Source: an uncultured Candidatus Saccharibacteria bacterium
GTDB lineage: Bacteria > Patescibacteriota > Minisyncoccia > Phycocordibacterales > UBA2100
DNA length: 64,000 bases
Assembly: GCA_964399345.1 (NCBI GenBank)
Contig: CAYNQE010000001.1
Span: 17,060-81,059, forward strand
Direction: 5' to 3'
This document shows positions 30,391 to 40,574 of the stretch, piece by piece. Both the position numbers and the translations under genes were made by a program. The notes beneath the pieces are model-generated. The model was not told the DNA's origin. It searched no databases and saw nothing but the letters and a program-made list of their open reading frames with translations. Position 1 is the stretch's first letter. Each line of letters begins with the position of its first letter.

Positions 30391-30552
30391 TCTACTTCTT
30401 CACTTCCTTGTGAGTCTTCTGAGCCCGGCACCACTTACAAAACTTCTTTAGCTCAAGTTTGTCGAGGTTTTCTCCTTTTATTCTACGTGTAGTCCAGTAA
30501 TTCGTACGCTTACAATCTGAACACGCTAATTTTTTTAATTTGTCTTGACTCA
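30391..30552 (-). CDS. rpmG: 50S ribosomal protein L33 (53 aa; not in the ORF track)
   Basis: Translation MSQDKLKKLACSDCKRTNYWTTRRIKGENLDKLELKKFCKWCRAQKTHKEVKK has the L33 CxxC...CxxC zinc ribbon and its consensus. Confidence 0.8.
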
Positions 30553-30567
30553 TATGTAGCGCATAGA

Positions 30568-30948
30568 TTAAACAATTGAGCGCACTATGTCAACAGATAC
30601 TCCTCTTTCACTAAAGCCCTCCCCTGTTAAAGTCTTTAATAGCGTATCAATTAAGAGCCAGGCAACGAGAAGAATGATCAACCCGATAACAACGGAGCCA
30701 AATATCCCCTTTCCTTTAGCTATTTTGTCTGTACTTCCGCCACCTGAAAAGAAAAGCCAACCAGCGTAGGCAAACATCACAGCGGAGATTATAATCCCTA
30801 GTCCTATCATGAAAGTAAGTAGGTTCTGCCCTATTTTTATTAAATCATCAAAACCACAGTTATCTGTACATGGAACTAGCTGCGCCAAAACTATTGTGGG
30901 TAAAATTAATACTACTCCTAAACTTAGAAATATAAGGTGCTTTTGCAT
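30568..30948 (-). CDS. Small secreted two-TM protein, T4SS-pilin-like (TrbC/VirB2-like). Orphan paralog of the 43.8-45.5 kb array.
   Basis: Signal peptide followed by two hydrophobic helices. Similar architecture to the five tandem genes downstream of the DGR. Confidence 0.4.
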   Translation of the reverse strand: MQKHLIFLSLGVVLILPTIVLAQLVPCTDNCGFDDLIKIGQNLLTFMIGLGIIISAVMFAYAGWLFFSGGGSTDKIAKGKGIFGSVVIGLIILLVAWLLIDTLLKTLTGEGFSERGVSVDIVRSIV

Positions 30949-31000
30949 GGTTTAATAGTAACACCTATCCTTGATTAAAGATGGGCATTGTGTGTATTTG

Positions 31001-31084
31001 TGCGCCGAGCAGGATTTGAACCTGCGTAGACATAATGTCGTTGGATTTACAGTCCAATGCCTTTGACCACTCAGCCATCGACGC
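31001..31084 (-). tRNA. tRNA-Tyr (anticodon GTA)
   Basis: 84-nt cloverleaf. Acceptor GCGTCGA/TCGGCGC. Anticodon loop CTGTAAA. Long variable arm. T-arm CAGG-TTCAAAT-CCTG. Confidence 0.8.
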
Positions 31085-31089
31085 ATAAT

Positions 31090-31698
31090 CTAAGTACAAT
31101 ACTTAGACTTGTAGGATTCTATCAGATTACGCACATCGAGCAACATTTTTTTGTCGTGATACCGTATATGTACCAACCCAAACTTCATTACCCTACCATC
31201 TTTTCTATAATCCTCTCTAACGTAAGGTTTAACAAATTGATCCAGTGGTACATTTAAGCACTTACTCCAAAATTTCTTTATTAACTCTACGTCTTGATTT
31301 GAATAACAGTAGATTACTGGCCTAAACTTGGCTTCTTCTAAAATGTACCTACTTCGTAGAAAGGAGATAAACAGTTTAGCCATCGCCGGATCACTGTTTG
31401 CAAAATCAATACCTGTTGCCTTTTCGGTATCATACCCTTCGGCCCAGTACAGCATAGCCCCCATTGATTGCAGATTTCTATTTACTCCTTTCCTAAGTTT
31501 GAATGAAGGTCTTTTCTGATCAAAAGTCACTTTGCGAGCCTCCTTTAAGCTACGTCTTGGTACTTTATGTTTCCTCATAAAATAAACTACAGCATCTATT
31601 GATACAGCAAATCGTGTGGCAATCTTTTGCATAGAATACCCTTGTTTAGAATACAAACGTTTAACTAATTCTAGATCTCTTTTATGTATAGCAGACAC
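31090..31698 (-). CDS. HTH-LAGLIDADG ('LYWAEG' variant) homing-endonuclease-like protein, intact copy
   Basis: N-terminal HTH (YSMQKIATRFAVSIDAV). The core SMGAMLYWAEGYDTEK resembles an LAGLIDADG helix. Ends 6 nt from tRNA-Tyr. Confidence 0.55.
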   Translation of the reverse strand: MSAIHKRDLELVKRLYSKQGYSMQKIATRFAVSIDAVVYFMRKHKVPRRSLKEARKVTFDQKRPSFKLRKGVNRNLQSMGAMLYWAEGYDTEKATGIDFANSDPAMAKLFISFLRSRYILEEAKFRPVIYCYSNQDVELIKKFWSKCLNVPLDQFVKPYVREDYRKDGRVMKFGLVHIRYHDKKMLLDVRNLIESYKSKYCT

Positions 31699-31770
31699 CT
31701 AAATATAGTAGCAATTCTACTATTAAGAACAAGAACAACTATACACAGACCTTATTGACTTGATACATAA

Positions 31771-34443
31771 CTACGCTGCCACTGCTCTCCTAACCCTCTT
31801 CTTCCTTACACTTTTTTTAGTTGAATCAAATTTGAAGTTTCCGTCTTTAACGCTCACTTTTACAGAGCCTCCCTCCACCATCCCCTCTCGCACCATCATG
31901 TTAGCAATAGGTGTAAGAATATTATTTTGAATAAGTCTTTTTAGTGGTCTTGCGCCGTATTGTGGGTTGTATCCTTCTTTTGCAATATGATTTATAGCGG
32001 TAGTAGAAAGACTTAGCTTAATGTTTTTCTGAAGCAGTCTCTTCTGTACTATCTCTACCTGCATATTTACAATTTTCTTAATCGCTTTTTCTGAAAGTAT
32101 GTCAAAGAGAATTATTTCATCTAATCGGTTTAAAAATTCCGGACGGAAGAAATCTCTTAGGGATTTCATTACCTTGTCTTTGCTGTGGTCGTATTGTGCA
32201 TTTTCCCCTTGATCGTCGGTGAATCCTAATCTGCTCATCTTATCTATATGCTCTGAACCTAAGTTACTTGTCATTATTACAATAGTGTTTTTGAAGTTTA
32301 CAATTCTTCCTTTAGAATCAGTTAACCTTCCGTTATCTAGAACTTGAAGTAATACATTTAAAGCCTCAGGGTGTGCCTTTTCTATTTCATCAAACAGAAC
32401 TACAGAGTATGGGCGATGCCTTATTTTCTCTGTTAAAGATCCCCCGTCATCGTGCCCAACATACCCAGGAGGAGATCCAATCATCTTTGAAACTGAATGT
32501 CTTTCCATAAACTCAGACATATCTACTCGTATCATTGCGTTTTCATCATCGAATATAAACTCGGCGAGAGCCTTGGTTAGCTCCGTCTTTCCAACTCCTG
32601 TTGGCCCTAATAGCAAAAAGGACCCTATCGGTCGCTCAGGATCTGCTATACCAACTCGTGAGCGTTTTACGGCGTTTGAGACCTTAAGAAGCGCGTCGTC
32701 CTGCCCTACTATACGAGCTTTAAGAACCTCTTCCATTCTAGAGAGTTTCTCAATTTCATCTTCAAGCATCCTCTTAACAGGAACGCCCGTCCAACGACTA
32801 ACAACGTCTGCAATATCTTCTTCTGTAATTTCTTCTTTTAAAATTCTACGAGAACTTTGTAGTTTCTTTAGTCTAAGAGATTTTGTTTTAAGCTCCTTCT
32901 CTAGTTCAGGAATTTGTCCGTACCTTATTTCAGCAGCACTTGAGAGATCGGCAATTGACTCAGCAGCCTCGGCCACAAGTCTCATTTCTTCTAATTCTTT
33001 TTTGGTTTCCTTAATGCTGTCTAAGGTTTCCTTTTCATTTTTCCATTTAACTTCCAACTCTCTCGTTCCTTCTTTTAGCTCTGCTATTTCTTTCTCAACA
33101 GTTTTTGCCCTTACTCTAGCCCCTTTCTCCCCTTCCTTAATATCTTTTTTTAGAGCTTCGAGCTCAATTTCAAAACGCATGATCTTTCTGTGAGCTTCCT
33201 CTAGCTTAGGAGGCTTGTTCTCAAGAGAAATACGCAGTGCAGAGGAGGCCTCATCTATTAGATCAACCGCCTTGTCTGGTAGGTGTCTCTCTGTTAAATA
33301 TCTACTGCTTAATTCAACTGAAGACACTATTGCCTCATCAGTTATTCTAACTCCGTGATAAAGCTCGTACTTTTCTTTTAATCCTCGCATAATTGCAATA
33401 GCGTCTTCAAGCGATGGCTCATTTACATGAACCGGCTGAAAGCGTCTCGTTAGTGCCGGATCTCTTTCAATGTGTTTTTGATATTCATTTAAAGTCGTGG
33501 CGCCAATCACCCTCATGTCCCCTCTTGCAAGTACTGGTTTAAGCATGTTCGATGCATCCATTGAACCCTCGGCTGAACCTGTTCCAACAATTGTATGAAT
33601 TTCGTCGATAAACAATATTATCTGTCCTTCTGAGCGTTCTATTTCTTTCATTATTGCCTTAAGGCGCTCTTCAAACTCCCCTCTAAATTTAGTTCCTGCA
33701 ATTAAAAGCCCGAGATCTAGAGAAACTAGGTTTTTGTCCTTAAGAGACTCGGGCACATCGCCACTCGCCATCCTTTGTGCAAGACCTTCGGAGATTGCAG
33801 TTTTCCCAACTCCGGCCTCCCCGATTAATATTGGGTTATTCTTTGTTCTACGAGAAAGTATTTGAATTACTCTTGTTATCTCAGTATCTCTTCCTATAAC
33901 TGGATCCAGCTTGTTTTCTCTTGCCTGCTCCGTAAGACTTTGCGTAAATTTAGCAATAGCACGATTTTGTTTTGGAGATTCGATGTCAGTAATTTTTCCA
34001 TCCTTTATATCTTCATAAACCCCAACAACCTCTTCCTTGTCCACTCTAAAACGCGCCAAGATCTCTGCAGAATTTCCTGGGTTGTCCAATATCGAAAGAA
34101 GTAAATGTTCTGTGGAGACAAATTGATCTCCAAATATATCGGCTGTCTTTGGTGCTCCTTCTTGTAGGATTTGTGCTAACTCAGGAGTTAAATATAACTG
34201 GTACGAAGTGGACATACTGGCACTTGCCGTAGTTCCATCTAGTGCTTCAATCAAAGAATCCGAAAAGTGCAGTGTGTCAATCTCTAGTCGATCAAGTATT
34301 GAAAGTGTCATACTCTCATCCTGTAGAAGAAGAGATGCTAATAGATGCAGCGGACTAACATGAGACTGCCCTCTTTCTATCGCTAACTGATGCGCTTTAT
34401 GAACAGCCTCCTTGGCTTTAGTTGTAAAATTGTTAAAAGGCAT
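31771..34443 (-). CDS. clpB: ATP-dependent chaperone ClpB
   Basis: Clp N-domain, two AAA+ modules ([10 protein letters not shown] and [10 protein letters not shown]) and a long coiled-coil middle domain. 890 aa. Confidence 0.9.
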   Translation of the reverse strand: MPFNNFTTKAKEAVHKAHQLAIERGQSHVSPLHLLASLLLQDESMTLSILDRLEIDTLHFSDSLIEALDGTTASASMSTSYQLYLTPELAQILQEGAPKTADIFGDQFVSTEHLLLSILDNPGNSAEILARFRVDKEEVVGVYEDIKDGKITDIESPKQNRAIAKFTQSLTEQARENKLDPVIGRDTEITRVIQILSRRTKNNPILIGEAGVGKTAISEGLAQRMASGDVPESLKDKNLVSLDLGLLIAGTKFRGEFEERLKAIMKEIERSEGQIILFIDEIHTIVGTGSAEGSMDASNMLKPVLARGDMRVIGATTLNEYQKHIERDPALTRRFQPVHVNEPSLEDAIAIMRGLKEKYELYHGVRITDEAIVSSVELSSRYLTERHLPDKAVDLIDEASSALRISLENKPPKLEEAHRKIMRFEIELEALKKDIKEGEKGARVRAKTVEKEIAELKEGTRELEVKWKNEKETLDSIKETKKELEEMRLVAEAAESIADLSSAAEIRYGQIPELEKELKTKSLRLKKLQSSRRILKEEITEEDIADVVSRWTGVPVKRMLEDEIEKLSRMEEVLKARIVGQDDALLKVSNAVKRSRVGIADPERPIGSFLLLGPTGVGKTELTKALAEFIFDDENAMIRVDMSEFMERHSVSKMIGSPPGYVGHDDGGSLTEKIRHRPYSVVLFDEIEKAHPEALNVLLQVLDNGRLTDSKGRIVNFKNTIVIMTSNLGSEHIDKMSRLGFTDDQGENAQYDHSKDKVMKSLRDFFRPEFLNRLDEIILFDILSEKAIKKIVNMQVEIVQKRLLQKNIKLSLSTTAINHIAKEGYNPQYGARPLKRLIQNNILTPIANMMVREGMVEGGSVKVSVKDGNFKFDSTKKSVRKKRVRRAVAA

Positions 34444-34445
34444 AT

Positions 34446-35237
34446 TTAGTTTTCAATTACTTCCTCCTCTTTTTCTTCTGGGGCTACGGCCTGGGCAAAT
34501 GCGACTATAATTGGTGCGAAAGAAGCAGGACCCATCTCTCTAGATATTCCAGTACTTATTCCTATAACTTCGCCATCTACGCTAATTAGTGGAGCACCTG
34601 GTGCTATTTTAGTACCATTAATACTCGTGTCTATAAATCCACTTCCTCCTAGGCTAGTAACTATTCCCTGAGTTATACTTCCGCCCCCAACGAATGCTAC
34701 TGTTGTTTGCCCTAAGTGCAGTGGAGTTTCTAAAGGAACCACTTCCTCTACTCCTATTCTTTCCGCCTCAACTTGCAGTAGTGCAATTCCTCTTGCTCCC
34801 CCCTCATATTTTATGCTAACAGGTAGAAATTCCTCCCCGCCTACATCAATTCCATAGACGACATCTTTCCTTAAGGCTGAAGCATCCATTGCTAGAGTTC
34901 CTTTACTGTCTATAAATACCCCAAGAGATACAAATGCTCCATCGAAGTTTCTAACCACGCTTACAATCTTTGATTTATTATCAGCAATTGCAGCTGCAAT
35001 TAAATCAGCTTCTTTCACTATAATTGTTCTCTCCGTTGTAACGACTGTAGCTTGTTGTGCAGCAGGAGACACTGTCTCTACTGTTCTTTCAACTACGCGT
35101 TGAACTACTCTTGTTACATCAGTTGGGGCCTCTTCAATTAAAGCCACAGTCACTATCCCTGTTGCAATGGATGTCACAAACGAAACAAGCATCGTTAAAA
35201 GTACAATTTGTGACTTATTTAGTTCTTCAAGATTCAT
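34446..35237 (-). CDS. Membrane-anchored protein with a degenerate trypsin-like (HtrA-like) fold lacking the catalytic His and Ser
   Basis: [23 protein letters not shown] sits where GSGFII..G.ILTNNHVV would be. [18 protein letters not shown] sits where GNSGGPLVN.GEVIGINT would be. Confidence 0.35.
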   Translation of the reverse strand: MNLEELNKSQIVLLTMLVSFVTSIATGIVTVALIEEAPTDVTRVVQRVVERTVETVSPAAQQATVVTTERTIIVKEADLIAAAIADNKSKIVSVVRNFDGAFVSLGVFIDSKGTLAMDASALRKDVVYGIDVGGEEFLPVSIKYEGGARGIALLQVEAERIGVEEVVPLETPLHLGQTTVAFVGGGSITQGIVTSLGGSGFIDTSINGTKIAPGAPLISVDGEVIGISTGISREMGPASFAPIIVAFAQAVAPEEKEEEVIEN

Positions 35238-35273
35238 ATTTCTAATAGTATATCAGTAGAGACTATTCTCCAA

Positions 35274-36440
35274 CTATTTACCAAAATTCTGATACGTATT
35301 AACTGCTTCCACTATTTTCTCTACTATTAAATCTACTTGATCTCCGTTGGTATCTCTTCCAAACGAAAGCCTCAGAGTGTTCTTAGAGCGCCAAACTTCA
35401 CCTCCTAGAGCTTTAACTACATGTGAGTAGGTTTTCTCTTCTCTTTCAAGACACGCGCTTTTTGTCGTTAGAGAGAGACCTCTTTGATCAAGAAACATGG
35501 ATACGTATTCTGAATCAATTTTTGGTATTGATATGTTTAATATATGAGGCGTCTGCTTTTTAGAATCTCCATTTATTATTACACCTTCTATTCTTTCAGT
35601 AAGTTTCTTTATTAAATCTTCTCGAATTAAATTTAATCTATCACCTTCACTATCTTTAAATTCTTTACACTCTTCAAACGCCTCAGCAAACCCGGCATAG
35701 AGTGCAACGTTTTCAGTTCCTGGCCTAAGACCGTTTTCCTGACTACCTCCTCTTAGTACTGGTGAGATCTTAACGTCCTTTGCAATATATAGTACACCCA
35801 CCCCTCTTGGTCCATACATCTTTCCTGAGTCCAAACTCATTAAATCAACACCCAACCCTTTGGGGATAAGTGACTGATACATTCCCTGGCATGCATCTAT
35901 ATGTAGAAGAATATTTTTCTCCTTTAAAATCTTCGATATTGCATGAATAGGCTGTACAACTCCAATCTCACTATTAACTAAGGCAATAGATACTAATACT
36001 GTGTTTTCTTCAATTGCATCCCTAACGGACTCAGCCCGTATTTGACCATGCTCATCTGGTTCAACACTGGTTATCTTTAAGCCTCTTTTTATCTGCGGTT
36101 GGAAAATATCAGTTACTGAAGGATGCTCTATTGAACTTACTACTACATGTACATCATTTAAATCAGTACCATTTTCTTCAAGATAATTAAGGTGTCCAAT
36201 TACGGCAAGATTATTGGCCTCAGTTCCCCCTGAAGTAAAGATCAATTCATTGGACTTAACTTCAAGGCATTTTGCTATTTTTGCCCTTGCATCATCTCGC
36301 ACTCTTGCGGCCTCAAGTCCTTCCGTATGAAGTGCCTGGGGATTTGCAAAAAACTTAGTTGCATTGATGTACGCTTCAAGCGCCCGTTTTGAAACTGGCG
36401 TTGAGGCTGCATAATCTAAAAAAATTCTTTTTTTGTCCAT
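35274..36440 (-). CDS. Cysteine desulfurase (class V aminotransferase, IscS/NifS-like)
   Basis: SGGTEANNLAV. PLP-lysine region SxHK-like SSIEHPSV...HIDACQG. 388 aa. Confidence 0.8.
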   Translation of the reverse strand: MDKKRIFLDYAASTPVSKRALEAYINATKFFANPQALHTEGLEAARVRDDARAKIAKCLEVKSNELIFTSGGTEANNLAVIGHLNYLEENGTDLNDVHVVVSSIEHPSVTDIFQPQIKRGLKITSVEPDEHGQIRAESVRDAIEENTVLVSIALVNSEIGVVQPIHAISKILKEKNILLHIDACQGMYQSLIPKGLGVDLMSLDSGKMYGPRGVGVLYIAKDVKISPVLRGGSQENGLRPGTENVALYAGFAEAFEECKEFKDSEGDRLNLIREDLIKKLTERIEGVIINGDSKKQTPHILNISIPKIDSEYVSMFLDQRGLSLTTKSACLEREEKTYSHVVKALGGEVWRSKNTLRLSFGRDTNGDQVDLIVEKIVEAVNTYQNFGK

Positions 36441-36489
36441 GTCAGTATTGTAGTTATAGTTTTGGATATGTCCATGTTACAATCGGCAA

Positions 36490-36954
36490 ATGTTAACACT
36501 ATTTCAACTAACTGTAGTCTCTGGTGGTGTTTTAGCCGTATTACTTCTTTGGAATATAGTACTAGAATGGAGGCTTCGAAGATTAATGCGCGGATCCAAC
36601 GGAAAAAATATGGAAGGTTTTATGGCATCAATCGCACGTGATTATCAAGACTTAAATGACTTTAAGCAATCGATAAAAGGTGAGATTCACAGTCTAGATA
36701 GTAGAATTGCTAAGAGCACCAGTAGTATAGGGCTCGTACGCTTTAATCCCTTTGCTGGAAGCGGAACAAGCAAACCCTCTTTTGCTGTTGCCTTCCTTTC
36801 TGAAAACGGAAATGGTGTTGTTATTTCAACCCTCCACGCTCATAACAGCGTAAGTATATTTAGTAAGGACATAGTGAATTTCAAGAGTGAAAAGGAACTC
36901 TCCCAGGAAGAGACGCAAGCACTTGAAAAAGCAAGCAATTCGTTGCATACTTGA
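36490..36954 (+). CDS. Hypothetical N-terminally anchored protein
   Basis: Single N-terminal TM. No motif assigned. Confidence 0.35.
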   Translation: MLTLFQLTVVSGGVLAVLLLWNIVLEWRLRRLMRGSNGKNMEGFMASIARDYQDLNDFKQSIKGEIHSLDSRIAKSTSSIGLVRFNPFAGSGTSKPSFAVAFLSENGNGVVISTLHAHNSVSIFSKDIVNFKSEKELSQEETQALEKASNSLHT

Positions 36955-36989
36955 CCAACTAAGTTGTAAGGTACTTACAAAGGCGCTAC

Positions 36990-38498
36990 TTGGCGCTTAC
37001 TTTTAATATGAGCACAGAAAATTCAACAATTCGACCACCTGTTATTGCTATTATGGGACACGTAGACCACGGAAAGTCTGCTCTTTTGGACTACATACGA
37101 AAAACTAATGTGGTTGACTCTGAGGCCGGTGGAATTACCCAGCATGTATCAGCCTATGAAGTTGAACACGAACACGAAGGAGTGGTTAAAAAGATTACCT
37201 TCCTAGATACTCCAGGACACGAAGCTTTTGCGAAAATACGTGCAAGAGGGGCAAGTGCTGCTGACATTGCTATTTTAATAGTATCTGCCGAAGAAGGAGT
37301 GAAGCCTCAGACACTGGATGCTCTTGGCGCTATTAAAAAGTCAGGGACTCCTTACGTTGTTGCGATAAACAAAATCGACAAACCAAACGCCGATATAAAT
37401 AAGACAAAATCTAGCCTGATCGAAAACGAAGTATATATTGAAGGTATGGGTGGAGATATTCCCTTCAACGAAATTTCAGCAAAAACTGGAGCTGGTGTTG
37501 ATGAGCTTCTGGACACACTTCTACTAGTTGCAGAACTAGAAGAGCTTAAAGGAGATGCTTCATTACCTGCAGAAGGAGTAGTAATTGAGGCAAACCGAGA
37601 TTCTAAAAAGGGAGTTGCAGCTACTCTAATTATTAAAAACGGTACCCTCTCCTCTGGAGAATTCATTGTTGCAGAAAATGCTATGGCTCCCGTTCGTATC
37701 TTTGAGGACTTTGAGGGTAACACTATAAAAGAGGCTTCTTTTTCTAGCCCTGTGCAGATAATTGGATTTGATTCTCTTCCAAGCGTAGGAAGTACCTTCA
37801 GATCATACGAGCGTAAAAAAGATGCAGAGCTTGCTCGTTCTAATGTTTCCTCAAGAAATGCCGTTGTGTCCTTAGATGAGCATGATGAGCGTGTTTTAAT
37901 ACCTCTTGTAATAAAAGCAGACACAACGGGAACTCTTGAGGCTATATCACACGAGATAGAAAAGTTGGGAAATGAGCGAATACTGATAAGTACAATGATT
38001 GAAGGAGTTGGAAACCTCTCAGAAGGTGACGTTCAAACCTCCCTTGCCTCATCAAACGATTCCCTGCTAATTGCGTTCAACGTTGACGTTGATCCGGCTG
38101 CAAAAGATGTCCTTATGCAGAATGAAAAAGAAGTGTATTCTTTTAATATCATCTATAAATTAAGTGAGTGGCTCTCTGAGATTATAAAGGAAAGAACTCC
38201 AAAGCGTGAAATGGAAGAGGATACTGGCGTTGCTAAAATACTTATGTACTTCTCCGCAATGAAGAACAAATATGTTGTTGGCGGAAAAGTTAAATCTGGA
38301 GTAGTTAAAAAAGGATCTAAGGTTCGAATCAAACGAGGGGGTGAGATAATTGGGGCTGGATCTATTCTAGGACTACAAAGCGGAAAGCAAGCAACTGAAT
38401 CAATAGAAAAGGACGGAGAGTTTGGTGCACAAATTGAAAGTGATGTTCAAATAGAAGTTGGAGATTCGATTGAAGCATACGAGTTGGTAATAAAATAA
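36990..38498 (+). CDS. infB: Translation initiation factor IF-2 (short form lacking the long N-terminal region)
   Basis: G-domain [27 protein letters not shown], and the C-terminal beta-barrel domains. Confidence 0.85.
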   Translation: MALTFNMSTENSTIRPPVIAIMGHVDHGKSALLDYIRKTNVVDSEAGGITQHVSAYEVEHEHEGVVKKITFLDTPGHEAFAKIRARGASAADIAILIVSAEEGVKPQTLDALGAIKKSGTPYVVAINKIDKPNADINKTKSSLIENEVYIEGMGGDIPFNEISAKTGAGVDELLDTLLLVAELEELKGDASLPAEGVVIEANRDSKKGVAATLIIKNGTLSSGEFIVAENAMAPVRIFEDFEGNTIKEASFSSPVQIIGFDSLPSVGSTFRSYERKKDAELARSNVSSRNAVVSLDEHDERVLIPLVIKADTTGTLEAISHEIEKLGNERILISTMIEGVGNLSEGDVQTSLASSNDSLLIAFNVDVDPAAKDVLMQNEKEVYSFNIIYKLSEWLSEIIKERTPKREMEEDTGVAKILMYFSAMKNKYVVGGKVKSGVVKKGSKVRIKRGGEIIGAGSILGLQSGKQATESIEKDGEFGAQIESDVQIEVGDSIEAYELVIK

Positions 38499-38499
38499 T

Positions 38500-38820
38500 A
38501 TGCAGGGACAAAGACAACAAAAAGTTTCCGAACAAATCGCACATCTTGCGGCAGACTTTCTTGGACGAGAGTCTAATAGAGAGTCTCTAATAACTGTCAC
38601 GCGCGCTACTATTTCTCCTGACCTTTCAAGGGCTACAATATATCTAACAGTTCTACCTGATACTTACCAAGATGCTGCACTGGACTTTGCAAAAAGAAAA
38701 AGGACTGAATTTAGAACTTTTGTTAAAAAACACACAGAATTGCGAAGACTTCCGTACTTTGAATTTGAGATAGATTACGGTGAAAAAAATAGACAACACT
38801 TAGACACGTTGCTAATATAA
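38500..38820 (+). CDS. rbfA: Ribosome-binding factor A
   Basis: KH-like RbfA core (ITVTRATISPDLSRATIYLTVL). Conserved infB-rbfA order. Confidence 0.8.
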   Translation: MQGQRQQKVSEQIAHLAADFLGRESNRESLITVTRATISPDLSRATIYLTVLPDTYQDAALDFAKRKRTEFRTFVKKHTELRRLPYFEFEIDYGEKNRQHLDTLLI

Positions 38821-38826
38821 GTGCCT

Positions 38827-38898
38827 GGCTCGGTGGCGAAGTAGAAACGCTGGGGTTTGCAAAACCTCCATGCGCGGGTGCGATTCCCGCCCGAGCCT
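38827..38898 (+). tRNA. tRNA-Cys (anticodon GCA)
   Basis: Acceptor GGCTCGG/CCGAGCC. Anticodon stem GGGGT/ACCTC with loop TTGCAAA. T-arm GCGGG-TGCGATT-CCCGC. 72 nt. Confidence 0.7.
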
Positions 38899-38946
38899 CC
38901 TTAGATGGTAGAGGTATTGCAAAACTATTCCTTGTCGTCCTCTATT

Positions 38947-38955
38947 TGGTATAAT
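38947..38955 (+). promoter_or_regulatory. Extended -10 element TGgTATAAT. It ends 6 nt before the HNH ATG, so the transcript may be leaderless.
   Basis: TGnTATAAT match at 38947-38955. No Shine-Dalgarno between it and the ATG at 38962. Confidence 0.35.
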
Positions 38956-38961
38956 AAATAA

Positions 38962-39477
38962 ATGACTCGACGATCTTGGTCCGAGAAGGACCTAGAAACT
39001 GCAGTTAATGCCTCAACTAGCGTAAGGCAGGTGCTGAGAAAGCTTAACTTAAGAGAAGCGGGTGGTAATTATGTTCAAATCCGTAAATATCTAGATGAGT
39101 TGAATATAGACTCCTCGCACTTTAGAGGCAGGGGTTGGGCGCGAGGCCTTAAAGGTATTGGTTCCCCCAGGATTCCTCTAAAGGAAATATTGGTTAAAAA
39201 TAGTTCTTTCCAAAGTCACAAATTGAAAAATCGCTTATTTAAGGAAAACATAAAGTTCAGGGCTTGCGAAATGTGTAAGTGGGCTGAAATTTCCGAGGAT
39301 GGTCGTCAACCTTTGGAGCTTGACCATATCAACGGGGACAGGCATGATAATCGTCTACCTAACCTAAGAATTTTGTGCCCAAATTGTCATAGCTTGCAGT
39401 CAACGCATCGGGGTAGAAATATTGGTAGATGCCGAGGTGGTGGAGTTGGTAGACACGAGAGGCTTAAAACCTCTTGA
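38962..39477 (+). CDS. HNH homing endonuclease
   Basis: CEMCKW...LELDHINGDRHDNRLPNLRILCPNCHS is a canonical HNH-Zn motif. The last 47 nt and the stop codon lie inside tRNA-Leu(UAA). Confidence 0.8.
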   Translation: MTRRSWSEKDLETAVNASTSVRQVLRKLNLREAGGNYVQIRKYLDELNIDSSHFRGRGWARGLKGIGSPRIPLKEILVKNSSFQSHKLKNRLFKENIKFRACEMCKWAEISEDGRQPLELDHINGDRHDNRLPNLRILCPNCHSLQSTHRGRNIGRCRGGGVGRHERLKTS

Positions 39478-39516
39478 CCGTTTTTGGTCGCGCGGGTTCG
39501 AATCCCGCCCTCGGCA
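39431..39516 (+). tRNA. tRNA-Leu (anticodon TAA)
   Basis: Acceptor GCCGAGG/CCTCGGC. Anticodon stem AGAGG/CCTCT with loop CTTAAAA. Long variable arm. T-loop GGTTCGAATCC. Confidence 0.8.
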
Positions 39517-39763
39517 CCGAAACACAATTAAGCGGTCTTTGACCGACTTCTGGACTGTCCCCGATATACTGTACACACCCAGCTCCGCTTAGAGAGTTGG
39601 CGCAGAATTGCCACGTGCTCTCGCCGTGGGGAGTCCGCCACCGCAGTGGCGGACAATGGACAGCACGCGGAGCGTTCCGCTTTGTTAAAGTTAATCGCTC
39701 CGCGATTGTTTCTCAAAAAAAGTTCGAGCAAATGATATAATCTCCGCACCAAAATAAAACCTG

Positions 39764-39836
39764 TCCGCCCTCTAGGGCTCGAACCTAGGACAATCTCCTT
39801 AAGAGGGAGCTACTCTACCAACTGAGTTAAGGGCGG
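39764..39836 (-). tRNA. tRNA-Lys (anticodon CTT)
   Basis: 73-nt cloverleaf on the minus strand. D-arm ACTC-AGTTGGTA-GAGT. Anticodon loop CTCTTAA. T-arm CTAGG-TTCGAGC-CCTAG. Confidence 0.75.
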
Positions 39837-39935
39837 AAGTACCACATTCTAGTCTAAATTGATCGGTCTTTCAATACTATAAGAGTTTTCCAGTATTGGT
39901 AGTCACAAACTACCTTAGTATGCTAAACTACTAAT

Positions 39936-40571
39936 ATGGCTAAGGCACACAAGAAGATTAACATGGCCTGGTCTCCAAAATTATCTTACGCAATAGGAAT
40001 AATAGCCTCTGATGGTAATTTGTCCCCTGATAGAAGGCATATAAACATAACATCAAAAGATCTCTCTATTGTTGAAAGTTGTAAAAGCGCACTAGAGATA
40101 GATAACAAAATAGGAAGGAAGAGCCGCGAACGTTCTTCCGAAAAGGAATATTATGTCCTTCAATTTGGAAGTGTATTGTTTTATCAATTCTTGCTTGACC
40201 TGGGACTTCACCCAAACAAATCAAAAACACTGAAAAAAGTAGACGTTCCTAATGAATATTTCTCACATTTTTTACGAGGACTTATGAATGGTGATGGAAC
40301 AATAACATCCTTTAAGCATCCTTATAGCAAACTACTTCAAACAAGAATATCTTTGGCATCTGCAAGTCCGGATTTTCTAATCTGGATACACGGTAAAATA
40401 CGAAAACTTGTAAATATTGAAGGTGGTTGGATATACAATGCAAAAAAGAAAAATATCTCCATGCTTACATTTGGCAAAAGAGACACTATACTAGTCTGCA
40501 AATTTATGTATAATAAATCGGCTACATACAAGCTTATGCGTAAATATGATTGCATAGAAAAGTATCTTTAA
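39936..40571 (+). CDS. Double-motif (monomeric) LAGLIDADG homing endonuclease
   Basis: Two LAGLIDADG helices, YAIGIIASDGNL and HFLRGLMNGDGTI, about 100 aa apart. 211 aa. It fills the tRNA-Lys/tRNA-Leu spacer exactly. Confidence 0.8.
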   Translation: MAKAHKKINMAWSPKLSYAIGIIASDGNLSPDRRHINITSKDLSIVESCKSALEIDNKIGRKSRERSSEKEYYVLQFGSVLFYQFLLDLGLHPNKSKTLKKVDVPNEYFSHFLRGLMNGDGTITSFKHPYSKLLQTRISLASASPDFLIWIHGKIRKLVNIEGGWIYNAKKKNISMLTFGKRDTILVCKFMYNKSATYKLMRKYDCIEKYL

Positions 40572-40574
40572 GTT

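Noticed and set aside
39528-39752. 74-aa minus-strand ORF between tRNA-Leu(UAA) and tRNA-Lys
   Set aside because: Arg/Ser/Cys-rich translation of a GC-rich hairpin region with no start context. Treated as structured noncoding DNA.
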